DNA of 63,778 bases, the filler included, from Octopus bimaculoides (lineage: Eukaryota): NCBI RefSeq assembly GCF_001194135.2. It is 7 parts of 7 records of this genome, joined end to end, with 100 filler letters (N's around TTAATTAATTAA, not from the genome) between each part and the next. Parts side by side here need not be neighbours in the genome. Positions count along the whole stretch, not along the records: positions 34,473 to 43,163 come from NC_068984.1; positions 43,264 to 53,226 come from NC_068988.1; 5 more parts are not named here. One strand, 5' to 3'. The notes under the pieces are model-generated. The model was not told the DNA's origin. It saw nothing but the letters and a program-made list of their open reading frames with translations, and ran no database searches. Shown here piece by piece: positions 35,498-46,765 of this stretch. The first letter of the stretch is position 1; the number at the start of each line of letters is the position of its first letter. A program made the position numbers and the translations under genes.

Positions 35498-36160
35498 AAG
35501 GTGGTGAGCTGGCAGTATCATTAGCATGCTGGACAAAATGCTTAGCAGTATTTTGTTTGACATGCTAACATTCTGAATTCAAATGCTGCTGAGGTTGACT
35601 TTGCTTTTCATTTTTTGGGGATCAATAGAATAAGTAACAGTTGAACACTGCAGTTGATGTAATTGACTTACCCCTCCCCACAAATTGGTGCCCTTGTGTC
35701 AAAATTTGGAATTATTATTATCATTATTATCATCTAGGTAGCAAACTGGCAGAATTGCTAGCATGCTGGACAAAATCTTTAGTGGCATTTTATCTGTTTT
35801 TACATTCTGAGTTCAGATATTACTAAGGTTGACTTTGCCTTTCATTCTTTCTGAGTCAATAAAATAAGTAACAGTTGATGCATTTGGGGTTGATGCTCCC
35901 CACAAATTGTTGGCATTGTGCTAAAATTTGAAATTATCATCATCATCATCTAGGTGGTGAGCTGGCATGCCAGACAAAGTGCTTAGTGGCATTTCATCTG
36001 TCTTTACATTCTGAGTTCAAATGCTACTGAGGTCAACTTTGTCTTTCATCCTTTCAAAGTTGATGAAATAAGAACCACTAGAGCACTGGGGTCTAAGCAA
36101 CTGACAAGCTCCTCCTGCAAATTTCAGGCTTTATGCCTTTAGTAGAAAGGATTATTATTA
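35498..36160 (+). mobile_element. Three tandem SINE family B copies
   Basis: Heads at about 35498, 35736 and 35952, separated by (ATT)/(CAT) tails. Confidence 0.85.
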
Positions 36161-36380
36161 TCGTTGTTATTATTTTATTTTATTTTTGCATGATTTTTAT
36201 TTCAGTATTTCTGTTTTAATTTACTTTATTGGTGGAATGCTTCAAAGATGGAGGTGGAACCAACCTTCAGTTTGAAATTTTACTTGAAAGTAAAAGTATT
36301 GAGGGAAATATTTCTTGATGCACTTCAAAATTTTCTCACAATTCAAACTGCGTTTATTAAATTTGAGAAAAAAAAAACCC

Positions 36381-36571
36381 TGAATAATTTCATATCCTTG
36401 TGTTTGGATAAATGATTTAATGAAGCGGAGGTAAAGTAATGTATTCCCACAACATACTACTGCTATGTGAGACTCCAAATGCCCTGTTATCTCAACGATA
36501 ACATTACTCTTTATAAGAGTTTGACAAGTCCATCTTTTAATCTCACAGGGGTGTTAATGTCTACCATCACA
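36381..36571 (-). repeat. 3' LTR
   Basis: Minus strand TGTGATGG..TTCA; preceded by the PPT AAAAGGGGAGA (36572-36582). Confidence 0.85.
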
Positions 36572-36582
36572 TCTCCCCTTTT

Positions 36583-38696
36583 GAAATTGACTTCCGTATT
36601 TTGGATTTGGCATTACATGGTCAACTCTCAGGAATTGTGTCAATGCTACATCATCCACTAACTCATTTCTGGTTTTCCTTAGCATCCTTTTGAATGTGTT
36701 CACAAAGCGTTCAGCTTGTCCATTTGATCTTAGGTGATACAGAGTAGTGATATGTTCAATAGAGAACATTTTGGAAAAATTCTTAAATTCATTTGCCATA
36801 AATTGTGTACCGCCATTGGAGACTATGGAGTCTGGAATACCATACCTTGCAAAAAGTTTGTGTAGAAAATCCACTGTTACCATGGAAGTTGAATTTCTAC
36901 ATTTACACATTTCTGGCCATTTTGTAAAGCTATCTACCACTATGATCCGTTGAATGGTCCTGTGTAGCCTGGTCCATGAAATATTGGTCTTGCGCCAAGG
37001 TCGAAATTTTATAAGTGGTGATATTGCTGCAAGAGTACAACCTCTGCAGGATTTTACCAACTTCTCAATATCTAGATCCATTTTCGGCCAGTAAACTCCT
37101 CATAAGTAACTTTATCCTAGAAATTCCTGGATGTAGTGAGACAGGCTTATGACCCTCTGTGCATACATAAACATATTATCACATATCGAATACAAATTTG
37201 AGACTGTACTATGTCCAGCCACATGTATTTTTTACACAACTCCAAAACCACTTTCCTTAGCATCTGATGCCACTACTATTTCTAAATTCGGGTCAAAATG
37301 TGATAACAACAATTCCGACATTAAGATGTTTTTAATTTCTTCAAAAGCTTTTTGGCATTTGTCTGATCAGTTCCACTCAACATCTTTTCTTCACAAGTTA
37401 TTCAGGGGTGCTCTTAAATCATGCATATTTGGTATGTATACCTGGCAGTAATTTGCAGTCTCAAAAATGCTTGTAACATAATGTTTGTCAGGGGAGGCAT
37501 ATTTTTTATTGATGGGTCTGGTCTGAATCTATTTTCATCGATAATCTGCTCTAGATATTTTATTTTGACATAAAAAATTCACACTTTTCCTCACCGAGCT
37601 TAAAACCAATAATCATTTATTTTTTTGAAAACCTTTTTAACATGCTCAGTATGAGTATGTTGTCAAGGTAAGCTTTCGTGAAATCCAAACCTGCGAGCAT
37701 AGTGTCCATAACTTTTTGGAAAATGCCTGGTGCTACCTTTATACCAAAAGGAAGTTGATTTATACAATCCTTTATAGATATTTATCATTAATAATCTTGA
37801 ACATTCCTCATCAACTTGTACCTGCAAGTATGCTTCAGATAAGTCAAATTTTGATAAAAATTTTCCTCTATTCAACTTCACAAAAATTTCTTCCAGACTT
37901 GGTAATAGGTAATTAAATGGCATCAAACATTTGTTTAACACTGTTGAAAAATAAGCACATACACAGATTTTATTATATTTTCCTTGACATAAACTGTTGG
38001 GGATGCCCATTTAGCATAATCAATTTTTTCAATAACTCCAAGTTTTTTATGTCTATCCAATTCTTCATTGACTTGTTTCAAAGCTGCAAAAGATACAGTT
38101 CTTCTTGGTTTAAATACTGGTATAGTGTTTTCTTTTACTTGAAATTTCGCCTTTGTTTTGGTGCAAAGACCTAATTCATCAGAAAAGACTTCGGGAAGAA
38201 TCTTTTTGAAGTCTTTTTTTAATTCCTCTGATGCCTTATTTGTACTGGTGGAAGAACCATTCACATTTTTACCAAAAAAATTTATGGGGAGGTCCCATAA
38301 GTTAAATAATTCCATCCAGTCTGTTCCAAATAAATTTGTCGTATTATTCAGCACAAAAACTTTGGCTTTCAAGGTTTTTCCACAAAACATAACAGCACTT
38401 ATCATTTTACCCTTAAAATGTAATTTTTTTCCTGAAACACCACATGCAATCTTCGAAGTTTCTTTCAATTTAGGTTTCCTGATTTTTCTCCATGTATCTG
38501 CATTAATTATCATGATATCACTGCCCGTATCCAATTGTAACTTGATATTCACATTATTCATTTTTATGGACACAAATTTTTTTTTCTGAGCCTCGCTTAG
38601 AATTTTTGTTGATAATACTTTCTTGCCAGAATGTTTTTGTTTCACTTTTTTTTTGTTTTGCTCTACAATGTGAGCTTCCGATTTTTTCACACTCAA
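36583..38696 (-). pseudogene. Gypsy pol relic (protease, RT, integrase; RNase H largely deleted)
   Basis: LQLDTGSD protease; WASPTVYV, SKFDLSEAYLQV RT; HPGISR..MDLDIEKLVKSCRGC, VVDSFTKWPE, IVSNGGTQF, RSNGQAERFV integrase. Confidence 0.9.
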
Positions 38697-40010
38697 AATG
38701 TTTTATATTTTTAAAAGGACAGTTACCTTTAAAATGTAAGCCTCTGCACTTGTAGCATGGATTAGGTCTTGACATTTGTTTTTCTTTTTTCATATCTGTT
38801 ACAGGTCAACATGGACGTTATGTCTTGAGTTTATAATCCTCTGGCATTCTTCTGGTACTGCCTATAGAGTTAATTTCTGGTCCTGTTCTAATTTTGTTAA
38901 TATCTGGGAATGTATATCTGCATCTTTGCTTGCAGTTAGCCCTTGAACAAAAAGTAGAAATTTGAACATGTCTGGGGTTAATTCATTTGATTCGAATCTT
39001 TCATTCTTTGTTAACAACCCCAGAATAGGTGATGAAATCTTCATCTTTTTTAACCAAATTTAAACACTGCCAGAGATTATTGAACAGGGAACTTCTTTCA
39101 CTGAAAATTTTCAATAAAAGTTGTTTCATTGAAACAAATCTCACCTGGTTTCTTCGGCAGAATATAATTACAATATTAGTTATATGCTGTCAACTTAATG
39201 TGACAGTCCCCTGAAGGGAATAATAGACCTGCTAGTCGAAGATGCCTGTCAAGCTCTTGTAAACATATAATAATTCTAGTGAAATACATTTACTGATTTC
39301 AAATTTAGAAATAATACATTTCTAAATCTCTCAGAGAGATTTATACGATGAAGTAGTTGTATGCTGTCAACTGAATGTGACAGTCCCCTGAAGGGAATAA
39401 TACTACTGTTGGTTAGACCTAGGAAGCTGCACCGCTTCCTCTCAGCCTTGACACATTTCCTGTGTCCTTATGTTTACAAGGGGGATGATGAGCAAAGACT
39501 CAGAAACATGTCTCTGGATGCAGGCTTAACTGGGTGGAGGTGCTTGTCTCCCCCTTGTAAACATAAGGACACAGGAAATGTGTCAAGGCCGACAGGAAAT
39601 GGTGCAGCTTCCTAGGTCTAACCAACAGTAGTATTATTCCCTTCAGGGGACTGTCACATTAAGTTGACAGCATACAACTACTTCATCGTATCACTACTGC
39701 ATAAATCTCTCTAAGAGATTTAGAAATGTATTATTTCTATAATTACAATATTTTTCGTGTTTGGCAGGGGATAACTTTCTTAAAAGTAGTTGCACATTTT
39801 TCTTGTCAGTCCAATTTTAAAATTCTTCTTTGGAGATTTCTTCATATCTTCGAAATAAATGATCTCTCCAATTGAGTTTGCTACACCGTCTGAACTGAAT
39901 TACCCTGAAGTATTTTCAGACTTTTTCAACATTAATTCCAGCAACTGCTGGTTTTGTTGTTGTAGTTGCTGTTGCAACTGCACCATGCAGGCCAATAATT
40001 CCTCCATGTT
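38680..40010 (-). pseudogene. Gypsy gag relic (split by an insertion at 39178-39737)
   Basis: MEELLACMVQLQQQ.., QLLLRKLSPAKHEKYCNY|ILPKKP, QGLTASKDADI, tandem knuckle CYKCRGLHFKGNCPF. Confidence 0.8.
39178..39737. mobile_element. PLE pseudo-LTR-type fold-back insertion with a 15-bp target duplication
   Basis: tataattacaatatt at 39163-39177 and 39738-39752; inverted arms 39306-39485 and 39549-39739; HHR remnant at 39484-39517. Confidence 0.75.
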
Positions 40011-40074
40011 AATAGTTTATTTCTTTGGTTTCGTACCAAAACATTTTAATGTTTGATGCAAGCTTCCAATATTG

Positions 40075-40082
40075 CATTGCCA
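40075..40082 (-). other. Putative primer-binding site, CpG-decayed
   Basis: Minus TGGCAATG about 70 nt upstream of the gag ATG; equals TGGCGACG (as I recall, typical of Mag-like elements) with both CpGs deaminated. Confidence 0.45.
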
Positions 40083-40091
40083 CTTTTATTA

Positions 40092-40603
40092 CATGGAAAA
40101 ATGCAAGCATGAAAAGTAATAATCTTAAGATTATAAACCTGGAAAAGTATCGGACAAGTTATTACACCTGAAAAAGTACAGACAAACTATTACTTCAAGT
40201 AAAGTAAAGAATAAGAAACATTTTACTTAAAATATGGCAGCAAAGAATGCCAGTTCTTCTAATTTATCACTCTTTACAGTTTTCATCTTTTAAATTTATT
40301 GTACAAAACTGTTCAGCTAATTTGTAGGTTTGTCTAATTAGTCACTTTTTTCTATATTTAAGGTAGTAAATTAGTCAAATTCTACTTAAATAAATATAGT
40401 GTTATTTATAAACTACAATAAAATATTTTTTAATATTCAAATTTTAATTTTAGCTGATATATTTTAAGTAAAAAGTTTCTTATTTTTTACTTTACTAGAA
40501 GTAATAGTCCGTCCTATACTTTTACAGCTGTAATAACTTGTCCTGTACTTTTCCAGGTTTATAATCTTAAGAATATTACTTTTCATGCTCGCATTTTTCC
40601 ATG
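40092..40603. mobile_element. MITE, about 105-bp TIRs, TA target duplication
   Basis: TA|catggaaaaatgcaagcatgaaaag.. ..cttttcatgctcgcatttttccatg|TA with an AT-rich interior. Confidence 0.85.
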
Positions 40604-41004
40604 TAATCCATGATTTTTCCAGGCATTTCTGTTATAAGATAATAATGTGTCAATTAATAATTTAGGATTTTACCTTATAAAATACTGGGTAGGGGGATAC
40701 ATTGGATGCTATTTTTAGCGTGTTGAGCGACCGGGTAGAGGCTCTTTCATTGGTTTGATTGCATGCAGCAGAAGTTAGAGAGTAAGTCAAAAGCTGAGAG
40801 TTTCGTGTATTGGCACTTATCAAACACAAATTTGTCCATTGTCACTCTGTAACTTATGACGAAATAACTTCTAAAATACAAAATTTTGTCAAAAATGTTA
40901 AGATTAAACCCTGACATATTGTACCAGTATCAGAAGTTTCAAAGTGTTGAGTTAAAAAAAAAATTGATTAAATAATCTGTATGTCAAATTGAATAGATTT
41001 GAAA

Positions 41005-41120
41005 TGGATAAAAAGCAAAGTCAACCTCGGTGGAATTTGAACTCAGAACATAAACACAGGTGAAATACCGTTCAGCATTTTGCCCTGCATGCTAACGTTT
41101 CTGCCAGCTCACCGCCTTAG
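41005..41120 (-). mobile_element. SINE family B, partial
   Basis: gcaaagtcaacctcggtggaatttgaactcagaac..ctgccagctcaccgcc. Confidence 0.85.
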
Positions 41121-41578
41121 AATGTAAACATTCATTTTAGCAATATATTCTTTAATATTCTTATTGATAAGCGTTACTTCCTTACTCTCTTACTTACACG
41201 AAATTTCGTGGTATTTCACTCCATAACGTCTACTAATTTTTGTTCAATGCAACTAATGACTCTGAATTCCTCATACATTTTTCTATCATTTAAGCCTAAG
41301 AAAAGTATACTTTTATTTTTAAATTAAAAAGTTTATGTTAATTCAAAGTGAATAGGTGCCTTACTGCCCCCCTTGAGTTCACAGATATTTTGATGTAACT
41401 TTTTTTCTACTGAACCAAATCTCTAACTATTTATGCCAAAGTGTAGCTGAGGAGGTGTCCTCTTTAAAACTGTTAACAGTTTATAATTTAGTTGAGAACT
41501 GAATTAGTGGTGAAGCTTGGAAGCTGCTGCAATTGATGAAATGGTGGACTTAGGAATATATTCAACCACTACCGTGGT

Positions 41579-41763
41579 TGAATATCCTTGCATTTGGATA
41601 CATGATTTAATGAAGTGGAGGAAAAGTAACGTATTCACATAATGTACTACTGCGATGTAAGACTCCAAATACGCCCTGTTGTCTCAACGATAATGTTACT
41701 CTTTATAAGAGTTCGATAAGTTCATCTTTTACTCACACAGAAGTGTTAATGTCTATCACCACA
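41579..41763 (-). repeat. 5' LTR or homologous solo LTR
   Basis: Aligns end to end with 36381-36571 (roughly 80-85% identity by eye, mostly transitions). Confidence 0.8.
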
Positions 41764-42106
41764 ACAATTAGATAAAAAGATTTTCAGTAAAAATTTATCT
41801 TTATTTAACCACTGTAAATTTTGAGAAAAAATATTTAAACCCAATAATCTCTTTTTTATTACTTTAGATTTATCTGAACCATGATTTTTAATTAGTGAAA
41901 ACTGGATCAAGACTGGAGAGGAATGATTACTTGTATAAAATTTTTCTAATTTTACAAACTAAGAAAATATAATGTAGAAATAACCAATTAATTGTCTTTT
42001 TTTCTTTCAACAACCTGATACAACCTGTTGAAGTTTTTAAAGGAAATCTGATACTTTGTGTTGAACTGTCTGAAGAAAACAAGCAACTTTTTATCACAGA
42101 TGATTT

Positions 42107-42204
42107 TCAGTGACCAGTTTTTTGCAAATTTACATTGGTTCCACAGATAAGCCATTCGTGTTTTCCTGTCAGCAAGTCTTCATGTAATTCTTTATCAGTA
42201 ATAC
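42107..42204 (-). CDS. Candidate terminal coding exon ((G)ITDKELHEDLLTGKHEWLICGTNVNLQKTGH*)
   Basis: Minus-strand tttctcttatAG acceptor, 98-nt open frame to TGA, AATAAA about 250 nt downstream (41855-41860); protein not recognised. Confidence 0.5.
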
Positions 42205-42381
42205 CTATAAGAGAAATGAAGTTCATTTGTTAGACAATGTTGTACAGAAAGTTATTCCTAATGTCTGCCTTAAATTTTTACGTCTTTTTACAGAAGACCT
42301 ATATACTTCTGTCCCTCCTTCTCTTCCAAACCATCTTCCTCCTTCTTCTTCTCCCCCTCCACGTCTCTCTCTCTTTTTCTC

Positions 42382-42413
<32 letters not shown>

Positions 42414-42771
42414 NNNNNNNNNNNNNNNNNNNNNNNNNNNNNNNNNNNNNNNNNNNNNNNNNNNNNNNNNNNNNNNNNNNNNNNNNNNNNNNNNNNNNNN
42501 NNNNNNNNNNNNNTATTTGTTAGGGTGTTGTGTGTGCGCATGTGTGTGTATGTGTTTGTTCGTATGTGTGCGTGTGCGCGTTCGTGAGTGCGTGTGTATG
42601 TGTGTTTTTTGTGTTGGTGGGGATGTTAGGTGTGTGTACGTGAGAGTGTGCGTATATCTCTTTGTCTGAGTATGTATGTGTTTTTGTAATCGTCCTTGTG
42701 GTGTGTGTGTGAGAGAGCAACCGTATGTATGTGTGAGGGTGTGTACGTATGTGTGCGTATCACGACACCAG

Positions 42772-43163
42772 ATGGTACACACCAATCCTGAAAAACCAAA
42801 ACTAGTGAATCTCTCAAGCCTAAACCTGTCGAACCAACAAATTAAAATTCTTTCAAAAGGACTAAAATTCATTCCAACTCCACAATACCCCAACTTGAGT
42901 GAAATACAGGATGATGTCTCCCACTTTTGTAGAAAATTACGCCTCACAGAGGAATTTTTTGACAAAGAAATCAATAACGACGAATCAATGGTTCGTAACA
43001 AGAGCAATTATAATCCCATAAAAGGTAAAATCAAAACATTGGACAAATTTTGTGAGTACATTTCGAACTTTCCTTATAATGAACTTCCACAATCTAAACC
43101 CAAACCCAACACCAGTAAAAACGAATGGAAAATCATCCATGAGTTACGAAACAATCATGACAT
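42772..43163 (+). mobile_element. Penelope-like (Neptune-type) ORF N-terminal region, intact frame
   Basis: KLVNLSSLNLSNQQIKILSKGLKFIPTP..HFCRKLRLTEEFF..KSNYNP..KNEWKIIHELRNNHD; cut by the linker just before the expected KxADKG motif. Confidence 0.85.
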
Positions 43164-43263
43164 NNNNNNNNNNNNNNNNNNNNNNNNNNNNNNNNNNNNN
43201 NNNNNNNTTAATTAATTAANNNNNNNNNNNNNNNNNNNNNNNNNNNNNNNNNNNNNNNNNNNN
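43164..43263. other. Artificial scaffold linker
   Basis: Same block. Confidence 0.95.
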
Positions 43264-44339
43264 ATATACTTATACATATATATACATGTGTGTGTATGTA
43301 GGCATGTATGTACAACATGAAATACGATACGTGATATTAGAGGCTATGTTTAAAACAGTGTTGTATCTTCTTAGAGTCTATGGATACATCTGTTCCTTTA
43401 AACATATTTTATAACATTTGAAGTTAAAAATTAAGAACATATATTTGTAAATATCCCGAAGGTATTTACAAATCTTATAGTATATATAACATATTTCATC
43501 TTCTGCATTTCCTCGTATACATGCTAATTATAGGAATGTAATATGAGAGACTGTTCTGCGTATGTTATATACTAATGTGAACATTTTTTCCACCATTCTT
43601 CAGATTTATCTGCAATGAAATATGCGGTTAACTTTTTGTGCAAATATTTCTGTATACGAAACTCACACAGTTGATATTAAGTAGGGTCAAAAGAATATTT
43701 ATGTGCAAAAGATGTCGCACAGGAGATCTTGACTGTGATATGCCATTTATACGAAGCGAAACACCTCACTATACTTTTAACCACAAAACCAAGCGTCTCA
43801 TCTACTTATAAGTATGCGGAAATATGCAATGTTAAATGCTTGCATCATCTTTAATGATTTTTTCTTTATTTTTGTCAGTGATGAGATATGGATAAGGAAC
43901 ATAAGATTTGTTTCCCCTCATACCTTGTCTTTTTTAAAACAAACGCATTTCGGTTTCTCACCAATAATCGAATACAACTTTCTTGTAACATGCTGCGCCA
44001 ATTCAGTATTTATATGCTGTGTATGTGAAGTATTGTTTTATGTACAAAGTTGTTTTAGGTATATTAAGCAAAATCTGTCAACTAGTGAAACAATATGCGG
44101 ACTCAGAGTTTTGTAGTTTATTTTTTCAAATTCAATGATTCACCAACGATTTTCTTCTGTCTTTCATAACCTGCACGATATCTTTCGTTTCATTTCTTGT
44201 TGCTTTTGTCTGTCTTTCAAACGATTCCATCCTTAGCATATTAACTAATATTTGAATGTTTTCTAAGTCATGAAGAATTTTACAAAATGTTTATCAATAT
44301 ATAATATTTATATGAATAGTTCTTTAGTAATGACCAGTG

Positions 44340-44452
44340 TTGAATTATTGTTATTGCCCAAGTTATCATCATCATCATCCCCATCATCATCATAATCATC
44401 CTCATCCCCATCAACATCATAATCACTATTATTATTATTATTAATATTATTA

Positions 44453-44507
<55 letters not shown>

Positions 44508-45005
44508 GATGATTTTATATTTGNNNNNNNNNNNNNNNNNNNNNNNNNNNNNNNNNNNNNNNNNNNNNNNNNNNNNNNNNNNNNNNNNNNNNNNNNNNNN
44601 NNNNNNNNNNNNNNNNNNNNNNNNNNNNNNNNNNNNNNNNNNNNNNNNNNNNNNNNNNNNNNNNNNNNNNNNNNNNNNNNNNNNNNNNNNNNNNNNNNNN
44701 NNNNNNNNNNNNNNNNNNNNNNNNNNNNNNNNNNNNNNNNNNNNNNNNNNNNNNNNNNNNNNNNNNNNNNNNNNNNNNNNNNNNNNNNNNNNNNNNNNNN
44801 NNNNNNNNNNNNNNNNNNNNNNNNNNNNNNNNNNNNNNNNNNNNNNNNNNNNNNNNNNNNNNNNNNNNNNNNNNNNNNNNNNNNNNNNNNNNNNNNNNNN
44901 NNNNNNNNNNNNNNNNNNNNNNNNNNNNNNNNNNNNNNNNNNNNNNNNNNNNNNNNNNNNNNNNNNNNNNNNNNNNNNNNNNNNNNNNNNNNNNNNNNNN
45001 NNNNN

Positions 45006-45053
<48 letters not shown>

Positions 45054-45056
45054 CAT
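44340..45056 (+). repeat. (CAT)n/(ATT)n microsatellite spanning a gap
   Basis: Direct inspection. Confidence 0.9.
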
Positions 45057-45458
45057 TGTTCATTAGTTTTATTTTTATAACGTGCTTTCACTTCACTACC
45101 GAGCGCAGCTCTGTGCGCCTTGGGTATGTGCTGTGGTTTGCTGTGGTGCTCTTATGGTTAGCGCGCTCGATCTTGTTTACTCTGATAGAATCTGTGAGTA
45201 GACAGCAACCTGCTGTCAGAGGTTCCACACGGTCTCTTTCCGCATATTATGAGTTTGTTCCTGTACGATGCATATCAATGCCCCAGTTCACCTTTTCAGG
45301 TTACTTTTCTTAGTTCTCTCCAAGTATTAATACTGTCTTTTCTCTCGATTTCTCTGAGATATTGCCCATGCAGTTGTTTAATTTTCCAATTGTTTACTAT
45401 TTCACATGCTTTGTGTTTTCTTAAATTTTTGTGGGTGCATCACATTTTCGGTAGGCTT

Positions 45459-45462
<4 letters not shown>
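45055..45462 (-). mobile_element. R4/Dong-like element, internally deleted
   Basis: WKIKQLHGQYLREIERKDSINTW.. joined to a 3' UTR (cagagctgcgctcggtagtg) shared with 46556-46660; AAT repeats on both sides. Confidence 0.75.
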
Positions 45463-45552
<90 letters not shown>

Positions 45553-46659
45553 GTGGAATTGGCAGAGTCAGTAGCACACCTGCCCAATATAATGTGGTAA
45601 TGGCCTCATACAGCTAGAAATCTATTACAAATGAATCAACATTGGAGTAGAAAAATACCTACTTCAGAAGCAAGGAAAACTAATAGCCACAAAGCACGAT
45701 CAAACAGAAAACTACCTAACAACTATGAAGAAAAGGACGAAACATCAAACGCAATTGAACAACCGAAATCCAGACAACTACTGGAACAGCAATGTATCAT
45801 GACAGAGCGATTCCAAGACAAGCCCCTTCATGGCGAATACTGGGGCAAACTAAACGCAAAAGAAATAGACAAAGCAAAATCCCAACCATGGCTGAGAAGC
45901 TCACGACTCAAATCAGAGACTGAAGGATTTTTAATTGCAGCGCAAGACCAAAGACTCCCCACCAGAAATTACCAAAAACATGTAACGAACAGAAGTATAA
46001 CAAGTTACTGCAGAATATGTGGAGATGTACAAGAAACAATAGACCACATTGTCTCTGGCTGCCTAGTCCTGGCTATGAAGGAACATATTTACTGACACGA
46101 AATAAGTGGGTCCTATATACACTCGGAGTTATGGAATAACAACAGAAAAAACATGGTATAGCACACGTCAGAAAAGGTCACAGAAAATGAGAAAGCAACA
46201 ATGCTGTGGGATATGCCAATGCGCACATGTAGAGAAATTATGGTCAATAGGCCGGATAGATATGTCAGAGATCATTAAAATAATCTTTTTAGTCGATGTA
46301 TTAATACCAACGGATGACAATGTTTCTCCAAAGGAAATGGAGAAAATTTCAAATTACAAAGACCTGGTAATAGAGAAATCTCGAATGTGGAATCTAAAGG
46401 GTGAAACAATTCCTATCATAGTGGGCGCGTTAGTTATGATGAAAAAATATTCAGACTAATACATAACACCAAAAGTAACAAGTATATATATAACACGCAG
46501 ATAATAGCATTACTAGGCACCGCACACATCCTACGTAAAACACTTTCAATACTGTAACAATAGGAGCATCAAAACAAAGCACGACACATACCCAAGGGCA
46601 CACAGAGCTGCGCTCGGTAGTGCAGTGAAAGTACGTGATAAAAGTAACACTTCTGAATG

Positions 46660-46660
<1 letters not shown>
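45553..46660 (+). mobile_element. R4/Dong-like RLE retrotransposon, 3' 1.1 kb
   Basis: KPLHGEYW, LKSETEGFLIAAQDQRLPTRNY, CRICGDVQETIDHIVSGC (CCHC), DVLIPTD..EKISNYKDL..PIIVGAL; ends in (AAT)n. Confidence 0.88.
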
Positions 46661-46699
<39 letters not shown>

Positions 46700-46704
46700 T
46701 ACGG

Positions 46705-46765
<61 letters not shown>

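Larger units (their letters stand above)
36381..41763 (-). mobile_element. Decayed Gypsy LTR retrotransposon (Mag-like) with nested insertions
   Basis: Two homologous LTRs, PPT, PBS-like site, and gag, PR, RT, IN in Gypsy order; no matching TSD seen. Confidence 0.9.
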
